DNA from: Ilumatobacteraceae bacterium
GTDB taxonomy: Bacteria > Actinomycetota > Acidimicrobiia > Acidimicrobiales > Ilumatobacteraceae
Assembly (NCBI GenBank): GCA_963752815.1
Contig: CAVVZI010000001.1
Coordinates: 20,709 to 84,708, forward strand
Direction of reading: 5' to 3'
Length of the DNA stretch: 64,000 bases
Shown in pieces: positions 26,542-36,162 of the stretch. The notes under the pieces are model-generated. The model searched no databases. It worked only from the letters and a program-made list of their open reading frames with translations, and was not told the origin of the DNA. The position numbers and the translations under genes were made by a program. Positions within the stretch are counted from its first letter, which is position 1. Every line of letters begins with the position of its first letter.

Positions 26542-27651
26542 ATGCGTGACTTCACCCAGGACATCCGCGACGTGCAGCGCCGCGTCGACGAAGCGGCGAG
26601 CTATCTGGCGATCGGCGAGAACCGCGAACGGCTCGCCGTGCTCGAGGCCGAGGTTGCCGAACCCGGGCTGTGGGACGACCAGGAGCGGGCGAAGAAGCTC
26701 AACACGGAATACGCCAATGTCCGCGACGACCTGACGACGTTCGACGATCTGACCGAACGGGTCGGCGAGGTCGAGGTGCTGCACGAGCTCGCTCGCGAGG
26801 AGGATGACGAATCGCAGGAGCCGGACATTGCCGACGCGATCGCCGGGATCCGCACCACGCTCGACCAGCTCGAGTTGCGCAGCCTGTTCACGGGCGAGCA
26901 CGACGACAGCGACTGCATCGTGCAGATCAACGCGAAGGACGGCGGCGTCGACGCCCAGGACTTCGCCGAGATGCTGCTGCGGATGTACGAGCGCTGGTGT
27001 GAACGCCGCGGCTTCACCATCAGTCTCAACTACGTGTCCGAAGGGGCCGAGGCCGGCATCATGTCGGCCGAGGTCACCATCACCGGCCGCTACGCCTACG
27101 GTCTGATGACCGCCGAGCGGGGCACGCACCGGCTCGTGCGGATCAGCCCGTTCGACAACCAGGGACGTCGTCAGACGTCGTTCGCCGCCGTGCAGGTGTG
27201 GCCGTTGCTCGACGACGTCGACGTCGAGATCGACGACTCCGACATCCGCATGGAGGTGTTCCGGGCGTCGGGCGCCGGTGGCCAGCACATCAACAAGACG
27301 TCGTCGGCGGTGCGGTTGATCCACGAGCCGACCGGCCTGATCGCCAGTTCGCAGGAGGAGCGCAGCCAGCTCCAGAACCGTGAGCGGGCGATGGGGCGCC
27401 TCACGGCGATGATCGCGGCGAAGGCCGAGGAAGACCGCGCCGCCGAACTCGATTCGATCGCCGGCCGGCAGGCGCAGGTCGGCTGGGGGAGCCAGATCCG
27501 CAGCTACGTGCTGCAGCCGTATCAGATGGTGAAGGATCTGCGCACCGAGGTCGAGACGAGCAACGTGCAAGGCGTGCTCGACGGCGACATCGACGAACTC
27601 GTCGAGGGCTACCTCCGCTGGCGGAGAGAGAACGCCGAATCGTCCGTGTGA
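26542..27651 (+). CDS. prfB: Peptide chain release factor 2 (no programmed frameshift)
   Basis: 369 aa uninterrupted. Contains SPF-type RF2 sequence and the GGQ motif (SGAGGQHINKTSSAVR). Confidence 0.95.
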   Translation: MRDFTQDIRDVQRRVDEAASYLAIGENRERLAVLEAEVAEPGLWDDQERAKKLNTEYANVRDDLTTFDDLTERVGEVEVLHELAREEDDESQEPDIADAIAGIRTTLDQLELRSLFTGEHDDSDCIVQINAKDGGVDAQDFAEMLLRMYERWCERRGFTISLNYVSEGAEAGIMSAEVTITGRYAYGLMTAERGTHRLVRISPFDNQGRRQTSFAAVQVWPLLDDVDVEIDDSDIRMEVFRASGAGGQHINKTSSAVRLIHEPTGLIASSQEERSQLQNRERAMGRLTAMIAAKAEEDRAAELDSIAGRQAQVGWGSQIRSYVLQPYQMVKDLRTEVETSNVQGVLDGDIDELVEGYLRWRRENAESSV

Positions 27652-27733
27652 CGACGGTCATTCGTCACCCGAGGGTGACGTTCGGTCAACAGGGCTGGGC
27701 GATACCCTGCATGAGCCTTTCGGCGGTGTCCCC

Positions 27734-28411
<678 letters not shown>

Positions 28412-28423
28412 GCTGATCGAACC

Positions 28424-29326
28424 ATGTGGTCCCGCCTCCGGTACACCCTGCGCGAAACGTTCGACAGTTTCCGCCGCAACGCCACCCTCACGGTGGCTGC
28501 GATCATCACTGCCGCGATCTCGCTGCTCGGGGTGGGGCTCACCCTCCTCAGCCAGCACGCCTTCGACAACCTCCTGTCCCGTTGGGAGGGTGGTGTCGAG
28601 ATGATCGTCTTCATGCGGCCGACCGCCACCGACGACCAGAAGGCGATCGTCGAACAGGCGCTCAAGGATCAGGATCAGTTCATCGAGAGCTACACCTACT
28701 GCGACGCGACGTGTTCGCTCGCCGAGGCCGATCGCGTGCTCGCCGGCGAACCAGGCGTTCGTGACCTGCTCGACGAGAGCAACATCACCACCCAGTTCAA
28801 GGCGGTGCCGACCGAGGGCACCGACGTCGAGCTGCTCAGACAGCTGTCGACCGCGTTCGAGGAACTACCGAGCGTGTTCGAGGTGAAGTTCGCCGAGGAC
28901 CAGATCAGCCTGATCTCCCAGCTCCAGAGTTTCTTCGGGTTCCGCCTGCTGTTGCTGTCGGGCTTCCTGCTGTTCGCCGCGGTGCTACTGATCTGGAACA
29001 CGATCCGAACGGCGATCTTCGCCCGTCGGCGGGAGATCGAGGTGATGAAACTCGTCGGCGCGACCGACTGGTTCATCCGCATCCCGTTCATGCTCGAGGG
29101 CCTGCTCCACGGCATCATTGGCGGAGCTGTCGCCAGTGTCGGGTTGTGGGCTTGGAACAGCCAGTGGACGAGCGGCGTGAAGGACTTCCCGCCGAACAGT
29201 GGGTTCGCCGCGTTGGTCGTCGTCGACGGCTACGACAAGACGGTGATGCTGATCATGATCGCCATCGGTGCCCTCGCCGGCGCGATCGGATCGGGTATCG
29301 CCGCCTCCCGCTTCTTGGATATCTAG
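28424..29326 (+). CDS. ftsX: Cell division permease-like protein FtsX
   Basis: 300 aa with TM1, a periplasmic domain and 3 C-terminal TM segments. Located directly after ftsE. Confidence 0.9.
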   Translation: MWSRLRYTLRETFDSFRRNATLTVAAIITAAISLLGVGLTLLSQHAFDNLLSRWEGGVEMIVFMRPTATDDQKAIVEQALKDQDQFIESYTYCDATCSLAEADRVLAGEPGVRDLLDESNITTQFKAVPTEGTDVELLRQLSTAFEELPSVFEVKFAEDQISLISQLQSFFGFRLLLLSGFLLFAAVLLIWNTIRTAIFARRREIEVMKLVGATDWFIRIPFMLEGLLHGIIGGAVASVGLWAWNSQWTSGVKDFPPNSGFAALVVVDGYDKTVMLIMIAIGALAGAIGSGIAASRFLDI

Positions 29327-29372
29327 CGGGGCCGCTTCTCCCTGCGTCGGGTCCGATCGTTACGTTCCTTCA

Positions 29373-30233
29373 ATGGAATACACCCAGATCTTGTACGACG
29401 TCGAGGACAACATCGCGACGATCACGTTGAATCGTCCCGACCGGATGAACGCGTTCACCGGGACGATGATGTACGAGTTGGTCGACGCGTTCGATCAGAT
29501 CGATGCGGACGACGACGTCCGCGCCGTCATCATGACGGGCGCGGGGCGGGGGTTCTGTGCCGGCGCCGACCTCGGCGGGGGAGGCGAAACGTTCGCCCGT
29601 GGAGGCAGCGACATCCAGACGCCCCAGGGAGTGCCGCGCGACGGTGGCGGAATCGTCAGCCTGCGCATCTTCGAGTGCACCAAGCCGGTGATCGGGGCGA
29701 TCAACGGAGCCGCGGTCGGCGTCGGCGTCACGATGACCCTGCCGATGGACATCCGGCTGGCGAGCGATCAGGCCAAGTTCGGTTTCGTGTTCGCCCGCCG
29801 CGGGATCGTGCCCGAGGCGTGCTCGTCGTGGTTCCTCCCACGGGTGGTCGGCATCAGCCGCGCCGCCGAGTGGTGCTACAGCGGCCGCGTCTTCCCCGCT
29901 GACGAGGCGCTGGCGGGCGGGCTGGTGCGCAGCGTGCACCCCGCCGACGAACTGCTGGGTGTCGCCAATGGCATCGCCCGCGAGATCGCCGACAACACCG
30001 CGCCCGTCTCGGTCGCGCTCACGCGGCAGATGTTGTGGCGGATGCTGGGCGCCTCGCACCCGATGGAGGCCCACCGCGTGGACTCGCGCGGCATCCAGAG
30101 TCGCGGAGCGAGCGACGACGCCCGCGAGGGTGTCGACAGCTTCCTCGAGAAGCGACCGGCGGTGTACCCGGTCAAGGTCAGCGACGGGTTGCCGGACATC
30201 TTCCCCGACTACACGGAGCCCACATTCCACTGA
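29373..30233 (+). CDS. Enoyl-CoA hydratase/isomerase family protein (crotonase fold)
   Basis: MEYTQILYDVEDNIATITLNRPDRMNAF...GAGRGFCAGADL. Confidence 0.85.
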   Translation: MEYTQILYDVEDNIATITLNRPDRMNAFTGTMMYELVDAFDQIDADDDVRAVIMTGAGRGFCAGADLGGGGETFARGGSDIQTPQGVPRDGGGIVSLRIFECTKPVIGAINGAAVGVGVTMTLPMDIRLASDQAKFGFVFARRGIVPEACSSWFLPRVVGISRAAEWCYSGRVFPADEALAGGLVRSVHPADELLGVANGIAREIADNTAPVSVALTRQMLWRMLGASHPMEAHRVDSRGIQSRGASDDAREGVDSFLEKRPAVYPVKVSDGLPDIFPDYTEPTFH

Positions 30234-30360
30234 ATCTGCGTGACAGCTGGTTCCCACAGCGGTCCATCAAATGTTACGATTCGGTGACGGACGGGTAGAC
30301 GTTCCTCGACACATTCCAGCACCCCAACCCACCAGCGGCGGGCGGAGAATCGAGCGAGTC

Positions 30361-30672
30361 ATGACCATCCAGTACCGAGGCCACAGCGTCATCGACCAGG
30401 ACCGGCACATGATCGGAACGATCGACGACGTGCTGTACGACGCTGAAGGATCGCCGACCTGGGCGATCGTCGACGTCGGCCTGCTGCGAGCGTCGCACTT
30501 CGTGCCGATCGAGGTCGGCTACACGGCGGACGACGGCGCCTTCGTCGTGCCGTTCGACAAGCAGACGGTGACGTCGGCTCCCAAGGCCGACCGGTCACAC
30601 ACGATCGACCCGGCGACCGAGACCGAACTGCGTCAGTACTACGGAATCAGAGACGAGCACGGCGCGAACTGA
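30361..30672 (+). CDS. PRC-barrel domain-containing protein
   Basis: 103 aa: VIDQDRHMIGTIDDVLYDAEGSPTWAIVDVGLLRASHFVPIE. Confidence 0.6.
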   Translation: MTIQYRGHSVIDQDRHMIGTIDDVLYDAEGSPTWAIVDVGLLRASHFVPIEVGYTADDGAFVVPFDKQTVTSAPKADRSHTIDPATETELRQYYGIRDEHGAN

Positions 30673-30709
30673 CAACGATCGTCGCGGGTCAGCTGAGTAG
30701 TTCCTGCAA

Positions 30710-30742
30710 CCGCTCGTGTCGGTGTGTCAACCGACACGGCGG
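30710..30742 (+). terminator. Hairpin downstream of the PRC-barrel gene
   Basis: 12-bp stem with one bulge (CCGC-T-CGTGTCGG / CCGACACGGCGG) and an 8-nt loop, followed by TTGTGGGAATT. Confidence 0.45.
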
Positions 30743-30839
30743 TTGTGGGAATTCCTCAAGTATCTGAACGTTCTACCCGATGTCATGAACAGCGGGGGCA
30801 CGAGGTACGTGCCCGGGAAAACATCGAGCGGAGCAGGCA

Positions 30840-31052
30840 ATGAACACGATCGTTTTGGAGCGACTGAACACCGGCGACGTCATCGAGATGACGACCGTCG
30901 ACAACGAAGTGATCACGGTGCTGGTTCTGCTCGCCACCGACGATGCGCTCGTCCTCGACCCGTGCAACGACGAGACACCGTTCGTGCTGCGGCTCGAAGA
31001 GTTGACGGAGTACCGCCGGTTCGACGCCGAGTCGATGTTCGCTGACGCCTGA
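30840..31052 (+). CDS. Hypothetical acidic small protein (70 aa)
   Basis: ATG preceded by GGAGCAGGCA. Lies in a lower-GC islet, with no recognisable family. Confidence 0.4.
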   Translation: MNTIVLERLNTGDVIEMTTVDNEVITVLVLLATDDALVLDPCNDETPFVLRLEELTEYRRFDAESMFADA

Positions 31053-31137
31053 ACCGAGGGAGCGGGGTAGTCAGCGACCCGCAGCATCTTCCGGAACGGA
31101 TCCCTCCCTCTTTTCCGTTCGGGAGAACTCCCCCTAG

Positions 31138-31176
31138 CGTGGGCGCCGTGTCAGACACGGCGCCCACGCTGTTTTT
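31138..31176 (+). terminator. Canonical intrinsic terminator (13-bp GC stem, 5-nt loop, T5 tract) overlapping the first codons of glbO
   Basis: CGTGGGCGCCGTG (31138-31150) pairs perfectly with CACGGCGCCCACG (31156-31168), followed by CTGTTTTT. Confidence 0.65.
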
Positions 31177-31573
31177 CCGAGTCGGCGGCATGCCGTTCTT
31201 CGAACGCCTCGTCGACGCGTTCTACGCCGGCGTCGCCACCGACGATGTACTGCTTCCGCTCTATCCCGAACAGCCCGACCTGACGGGTGCGCGTCACCGG
31301 TTGACGCTCTTCCTGGCCCAGTACTGGGGTGGGCCCACGACGTACTCCGACGAGCGTGGCCATCCCCGCCTTCGGATGCGCCACTTCCCGTACCTCGTCG
31401 GGCCCGCCCAGCGCGATCGCTGGCTGCACCACATGGGGGCCGCGGTCGCCGCGGTGTGCGACGACCCCGCGGTGTCCGACGAGCTGATGACCTACTTCGT
31501 GAACACGGCCGAGCACATGCGCAACGACACCGGGCTGCCGATCACGTCGGCAAATTACGGCACCGGTCGCTAG
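31139..31573 (+). CDS. glbO: Group II truncated haemoglobin (trHbO)
   Basis: LFFRVGGMPFFERLVDAFYAGV...LAQYWGGPTTYSDERGHPRLRMRH aligns with the mycobacterial GlbO pattern FYDAVGG...RFY...QYWGGP..Y...RGHPRLRMRH. The start is GTG 31139 or 31148. ATG 31190 would remove the conserved FxxVGG. Confidence 0.85.
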   Translation: MGAVSDTAPTLFFRVGGMPFFERLVDAFYAGVATDDVLLPLYPEQPDLTGARHRLTLFLAQYWGGPTTYSDERGHPRLRMRHFPYLVGPAQRDRWLHHMGAAVAAVCDDPAVSDELMTYFVNTAEHMRNDTGLPITSANYGTGR

Positions 31574-31586
31574 CGTCACTCGGTGC

Positions 31587-32561
31587 ATGGCGGCCATCCG
31601 AGTCGAGCATCTGCGTAAGCAGTACGCGGACACCCGGGCCGTCGACGACCTCTCGTTCGGTGTCGCGGCTGGAGAGGTGTACGCCCTGCTCGGCGAGAAC
31701 GGCGCCGGCAAATCGACCACGATCGAGATCCTCGAAGGCCATCGCGAGGCGACCTCGGGCATCGTCGAGGTGCTCGAGCGGGATCCTTGGAACGCTGGGC
31801 GCGAGTTCCGCGATCGCATCGGGATCGTTCTGCAGTCGTCGGGCATCGAGACCGAGTTCACGGTCCGTGAGGTCGTCGAGCTGTATGGCGGGTGTTATCG
31901 ATCACCACGATCGCTCGACGAGGTCGTCGCTCTCGCCGGACTCGACGAGAAGATCGATGCGCGGATCGGCTCGTTGTCGGGCGGCCAGCGCCGAAGGGTC
32001 GATCTCGCGCTGGGGATTCTCGGGCGGCCTGACGTGCTGTTCCTCGACGAGCCGACCACCGGCTTCGATCCCGCGGCGCGCCGTCGCTCGTGGGACCTCA
32101 TCGAGTCGCTCGGGAGCGATGGCACCACGGTGCTTCTCACCACGCACTACCTCGACGAGGCCGAACATCTCGCCGACCGTGTCGGCGTGCTCGCCGCTGG
32201 TCGTCTGATCGCCGAGGGAACACCCGAGGAGCTCATCAACCGCACGAGCGGCACCGTCGTCAGTTTCATGCTCCCCGACTCGGTGGTGCCGGCCGATGCC
32301 CCATCGATATTCGCGCCCCTCGTCGGCGCCGACGTCCGCGTCGCGGGTCGCCTCGTCGAGGCGTCGATCGATCACCCCACGGCAGCCGTGCATCGACTGA
32401 CCGGATGGGCGCTGGAGGCGGGCGTCGAACTCGAGTCGCTCGCCGTGCACCGGGCCTCACTCGAAGACGTCTACCTGTCCCTCACGTCAGGGACGTCGGA
32501 GGAACGGACGCCCGACGCCGAGCGGTCGACATCCGAAGTCATCGCCGGGGAGTCGCCGTGA
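31587..32561 (+). CDS. ABC transporter ATP-binding protein (DrrA-like, ABC-2 exporter)
   Basis: Walker A GENGAGKST, signature LSGGQRRR, Walker B LFLDEPT. Confidence 0.9.
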   Translation: MAAIRVEHLRKQYADTRAVDDLSFGVAAGEVYALLGENGAGKSTTIEILEGHREATSGIVEVLERDPWNAGREFRDRIGIVLQSSGIETEFTVREVVELYGGCYRSPRSLDEVVALAGLDEKIDARIGSLSGGQRRRVDLALGILGRPDVLFLDEPTTGFDPAARRRSWDLIESLGSDGTTVLLTTHYLDEAEHLADRVGVLAAGRLIAEGTPEELINRTSGTVVSFMLPDSVVPADAPSIFAPLVGADVRVAGRLVEASIDHPTAAVHRLTGWALEAGVELESLAVHRASLEDVYLSLTSGTSEERTPDAERSTSEVIAGESP

Positions 32562-33391
32562 GCGCGACCGGTTTTCCGTCGACGACCAGGCTGCTGTGGA
32601 CCCAGACCGTCTACCAGCTCCGATCGTTCCGCCGGATCCCGATCGCGGTGTTCTTCACGCTCGGGTTGCCGCTGATCATGCTCGTGTTGTTCAACGCCCT
32701 GTTCGGATCGCACCCCGTCGACACGCCCACCGGATCGTGGTCGACGGCGCAGTTCTACACCGGTGGACTGGCCGCTTTCACTGCGGTGTCGGCGACGTTC
32801 ACCAACCTCGCCAACATGGTCCCGCTCCGGCGTGACGAAGGGGTGTTGAAGCGATGGCGCGGCACGCCGCTGCCCACGTGGGTGTACCTGGGCGGGTTCA
32901 TCTGTTCGGCGGTGGCGATCGCCGTGGCCGGCGCGACCGCGATGCTCACACTCGGTGTGGTCGTCTACGACCTGGACGTCGAGGCGGCGAAGGTTCCGGC
33001 GGCGATGGCGACGTTCCTCATCGGCGTGTCGGCGTTCGCCGCGCTCGGCATGGCGCTCGCCGCCGTGGTGAAATCCGCGAGCTCCGCGTCGGCGGCCGCG
33101 AATGCGATCATCCTCCCGTTGGCGTTCGTGTCGAGCGTGTTCGTGGAGCTCGACGACGCGCCCCGGTGGCTCGAGGTCGTCGGCGACGTGTTCCCGCTCA
33201 AGCCGTTCGTGGAGTCCTTCCAGGCGTGCTTCAATCCGACGATCTCCGCGCCGGCGTTCGAGTGGGCGAAGATGGGGTACGTGGCGCTGTGGGGGCTCGC
33301 CGGGTTGCTGGTGGCGCTCAAGCGGTTCCGTTGGGAGCCGAGTGGTTCGGCGCCACGCGGTCGTCGGGCGCGGCGCGTCGCCACGAGCTGA
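32558..33391 (+). CDS. ABC-2 type transporter permease
   Basis: The GTG at 32558 overlaps the ATPase stop (GTGA). Six hydrophobic segments. Confidence 0.8.
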   Translation: MSATGFPSTTRLLWTQTVYQLRSFRRIPIAVFFTLGLPLIMLVLFNALFGSHPVDTPTGSWSTAQFYTGGLAAFTAVSATFTNLANMVPLRRDEGVLKRWRGTPLPTWVYLGGFICSAVAIAVAGATAMLTLGVVVYDLDVEAAKVPAAMATFLIGVSAFAALGMALAAVVKSASSASAAANAIILPLAFVSSVFVELDDAPRWLEVVGDVFPLKPFVESFQACFNPTISAPAFEWAKMGYVALWGLAGLLVALKRFRWEPSGSAPRGRRARRVATS

Positions 33392-33402
33392 GGCTCGGCG
33401 CG

Positions 33403-34263
33403 TCAGGAGAACACGACGGTCTTGCGACCGTGCACGAGCACGCGGTGCTCGACGTGGGCGCGCACGGCGCGTGCCAACACGATCGTCTCGAGGTCGCGCC
33501 CCTTCGCGGTGAGCCGCTTCACGTCGTCGCGGTGGGTGACGTGGGCGGTGTCCTGTTCGATGATCGGTCCGTCGTCGAGTTCGGCGGTCGCATAGTGCGC
33601 CGTGGCGCCGATGAGCTTGACGCCGCGGTCGTGGGCCTGCCGATACGGGCTCGCCCCGACGAACGCCGGCAGGAACGAGTGATGGATGTTGATGATCCGC
33701 ATCGGGAACCGGTCGATCACCGCACTGCCGAGAATCTGCATGTACCGGGCGAGCACGACCAGGTCGACCTGCGCGGTGTCGAGCACGCGTCGCATCTCGT
33801 CCTCCTGGGACTGCTTGCTCCCGGGCTCGACGGGGAGGTGCACGAATTCGACGCCGAGGTGCCGGCAGAAGTCGGCGTGATCGTCGTGATTCGAGATCAC
33901 GAGCCGGACGTCGATCGGGAGCTCGCCGCTGCGCCAGCGCGTCAGGAGGTCGTAGAGGCAATGCGGTTGACGCGAGGCCAGGATCGCAGTCGGCGTCGCG
34001 ATGTCGGTGGATCGCAAGTCCACGCCCATGTCGAACCGGCGCGCCACCTCGTCGAACTGTTGGAGGAACCGCTCCGGCGTGGGGCCATCCACGGGCAGAT
34101 CGAATTCCACCCGTTGGAAGAACACCGCCTCGCCGGAATCACCGATGCGGTCGACGTGCTGTTCGGCGTGCACGATGTTGCCGCGCGCCGCGGCGATGAA
34201 CCCGGCCGTGGCCGCGACGATGCCCGGTTGGTCGGGGCACGAGAGCAGCAGGACCGATGACAT
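33403..34263 (-). CDS. purU: Formyltetrahydrofolate deformylase
   Basis: N-terminal ACT domain (LLLSCPDQPGIVAATAGFIA) plus a formyltransferase domain (INIHHSFLPAFVGASPYRQAH). Confidence 0.9.
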   Translation of the reverse strand: MSSVLLLSCPDQPGIVAATAGFIAAARGNIVHAEQHVDRIGDSGEAVFFQRVEFDLPVDGPTPERFLQQFDEVARRFDMGVDLRSTDIATPTAILASRQPHCLYDLLTRWRSGELPIDVRLVISNHDDHADFCRHLGVEFVHLPVEPGSKQSQEDEMRRVLDTAQVDLVVLARYMQILGSAVIDRFPMRIINIHHSFLPAFVGASPYRQAHDRGVKLIGATAHYATAELDDGPIIEQDTAHVTHRDDVKRLTAKGRDLETIVLARAVRAHVEHRVLVHGRKTVVFS

Positions 34264-34273
34264 GGCGCTCGTT

Positions 34274-35074
34274 CTATCGGCGCAGGGCGAAGCACGCGAC
34301 GGCGGTCGCCGCGGCGGCGTTCAGCGAGTCGACGCCCGGGGCCATCGGGATCCGGACGGGGGTGGCCAGCGCCATGAGTTCGTCGCTCAGCCCGGCGCGC
34401 TCGGATCCGATCAGGATGGCCGCCCGATCCGGACGCCCGAGGTCGTCGATCGAGACCGCGTCGGCGTCGGGCGTCATCGCGAAGATCTCGAAACCGTCGA
34501 GAGCGCGCAGTTCGGCGGCGAGGTGACGGGTCCGGGCGTGGGGGAGCGCGAACGCGGTCCCCATCGCCACCCGCAGCGACCGTCGGGCGAGCGGGTCGGC
34601 GCTGGTGTGATCGAGGATCAAGCCGTCCCAACCGAACGCTGCCGCATTGCGGATGACCGAGCCCACGTTGGCCGGATTGTCCACGGCTTCGAGCACGACG
34701 AGGCGATCGGCCGTGTCGGCCAGCTGGGCGACCGTCGGACGGGCCGGCCGTTCGAAGAGCGCGACGATGCGGTGCGGATACCCGAGCCCGGTGACGACCC
34801 GGCGCACCTCCATCCCGCCGGCGTACACGGGGCAGCCGAGTTCGCCGGCGAGCGGCGGAACGTCGTCGATGTCGACGAGCACGGCGACCGGCACGCACCC
34901 GGCCGCTGCGGCCCGCTCGACCACGAGGTCGCCTTCGGCGAAGAACAGCCCGGCGCCGGCGTCGTCGCGCTTCTCGGCGCGGCTCGCCAGCCCGCGCTCG
35001 TTCAGTCGGAACTGCCGGAACAGAGGATCCTCCGGGTCGTCGATCGGAATGATCTCGAACGCGCCGTCGGTCAC
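34274..35074 (-). CDS. TrmH/SpoU family RNA 2'-O-methyltransferase
   Basis: LEAVDNPANVGSVIRNAAAFG and IGSERAGLS motifs. The start is taken at GTG 35074. The longer TTG 35122 start would translate the palindromic repeat. Confidence 0.8.
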   Translation of the reverse strand: MTDGAFEIIPIDDPEDPLFRQFRLNERGLASRAEKRDDAGAGLFFAEGDLVVERAAAAGCVPVAVLVDIDDVPPLAGELGCPVYAGGMEVRRVVTGLGYPHRIVALFERPARPTVAQLADTADRLVVLEAVDNPANVGSVIRNAAAFGWDGLILDHTSADPLARRSLRVAMGTAFALPHARTRHLAAELRALDGFEIFAMTPDADAVSIDDLGRPDRAAILIGSERAGLSDELMALATPVRIPMAPGVDSLNAAAATAVACFALRR

Positions 35075-35125
35075 GTTTGCGTCGGGATTTCGGAGGGACG
35101 GTGCACGGAAATTTTGACGCAAACG
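35074..35125 (+). repeat. REP/MITE-like palindromic element, copy B
   Basis: CGTTTGCGTCGGGATTTC (35074-35091) pairs with GAAATTTTGACGCAAACG (35108-35125): 18 bp including three G-U pairs on the top strand. Confidence 0.8.
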
Positions 35126-35178
35126 GGGAATGAGGGCATCGGGGGTGGGCTCAGGCTCTCAGGTCTCAGGTCTCGGTG

Positions 35179-36075
35179 TCAGTAGTGGTAGGGGAACGGC
35201 GACCAGTCGGCGTCGCGCTTTTCGAGGAAGCTGTCGCGGCCCTCCTGGGCCTCGTCGCTGGCGTAGGCGAGCCGGGTCGCCTCGCCGGCGAACACCTGCT
35301 GGCCGACGAGCCCGTCGTCGATCAGGTTGAACGAGAACTTCAGCATCCGCTGCGCGGTCGGGCTCTTGGCGCAGATCTCGCGGCCCCATTGCAGCGCGGT
35401 CGCCTCCAGTTCGGCGTGGGGCACCGACGCGTTGACCATGCCCATCCGATAGGCGTCATCCGCGGTGTACTCCCGCCCGAGGAAGAAGATCTCGCGGGCG
35501 AACTTCTGGCCGACCTGGCGGGCGAGGTACGCCGACCCGTACCCGCCGTCGAAGCTGGCGACGTCGGCGTCGGTCTGCTTGAAGCGGGCGTGCTCCGTGC
35601 TGGCGAGCGTGAGGTCGCACACGACGTGGAGCGAATGCCCGCCGCCGGCGGCCCAACCGGGCACGACGCAGATGACGACCTTGGGCATGAAACGGATCAG
35701 GCGCTGCACCTCGAGGATGTGCAGACGGCCCGCACGGCCCGGTTCGATCGAGGCGGCGTCGGTGCCCTCGGCGTACTTGTAGCCGTCCTTGCCACGGATG
35801 CGCTGATCGCCGCCCGAGCAGAACGCCCACCCGCCGTCCTTCGGCGAGGGGCCGTTGCCGGTGAGCAGCACGCACCCGACATCGGTCGACATCCGGGCGT
35901 GATCGAGCGCGGTGTACAGCTCGTCGACCGTGTGCGGACGGAACGCGTTGCGGATCTCGGGCCGGTCGAACGCGATCCGGACGACTCCCGCGTCGACCGC
36001 CCGGTGATACGTGATGTCGGTGAAGTCGAACCCGTCGACCAGGGTCCACGCAGCGGGGTCGAAGATCTCGGACAC
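35179..36075 (-). CDS. menB: 1,4-dihydroxy-2-naphthoyl-CoA synthase
   Basis: Near-colinear with mycobacterial MenB (ITYHRAVDAGVVRIAFDRPEIRNAFRPHTVDELY...GGDQRIRG...KQTDADVASFDGGYGSAYLARQVGQKFAREIFFLG). The start is uncertain: GTG 36075, or ATG 36136 if the G at 36133 is a spurious insertion. Confidence 0.9.
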   Translation of the reverse strand: MSEIFDPAAWTLVDGFDFTDITYHRAVDAGVVRIAFDRPEIRNAFRPHTVDELYTALDHARMSTDVGCVLLTGNGPSPKDGGWAFCSGGDQRIRGKDGYKYAEGTDAASIEPGRAGRLHILEVQRLIRFMPKVVICVVPGWAAGGGHSLHVVCDLTLASTEHARFKQTDADVASFDGGYGSAYLARQVGQKFAREIFFLGREYTADDAYRMGMVNASVPHAELEATALQWGREICAKSPTAQRMLKFSFNLIDDGLVGQQVFAGEATRLAYASDEAQEGRDSFLEKRDADWSPFPYHY

Positions 36076-36162
36076 CGTCCCGTCGGCGAAGCGGTCGGCG
36101 TTCCGGGAGGCGCGGGTTCGTTGGGCATCTGCCCATGTTGGCCGATCCGGTACGTTGCGCCC

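Noticed and set aside
26542-26700. Programmed +1 frameshift site in prfB
   Set aside because: The RF2 ORF is continuous from the ATG, with no in-frame UGA near codon 25-30. The autoregulatory frameshift is simply absent, as is common in actinobacteria.
27648-27680. Alternative hairpins after the prfB stop as an attenuator of ftsE
   Set aside because: The stems are short (7-8 bp), there is no U-tract, and there is no leader peptide. The evidence is too weak.
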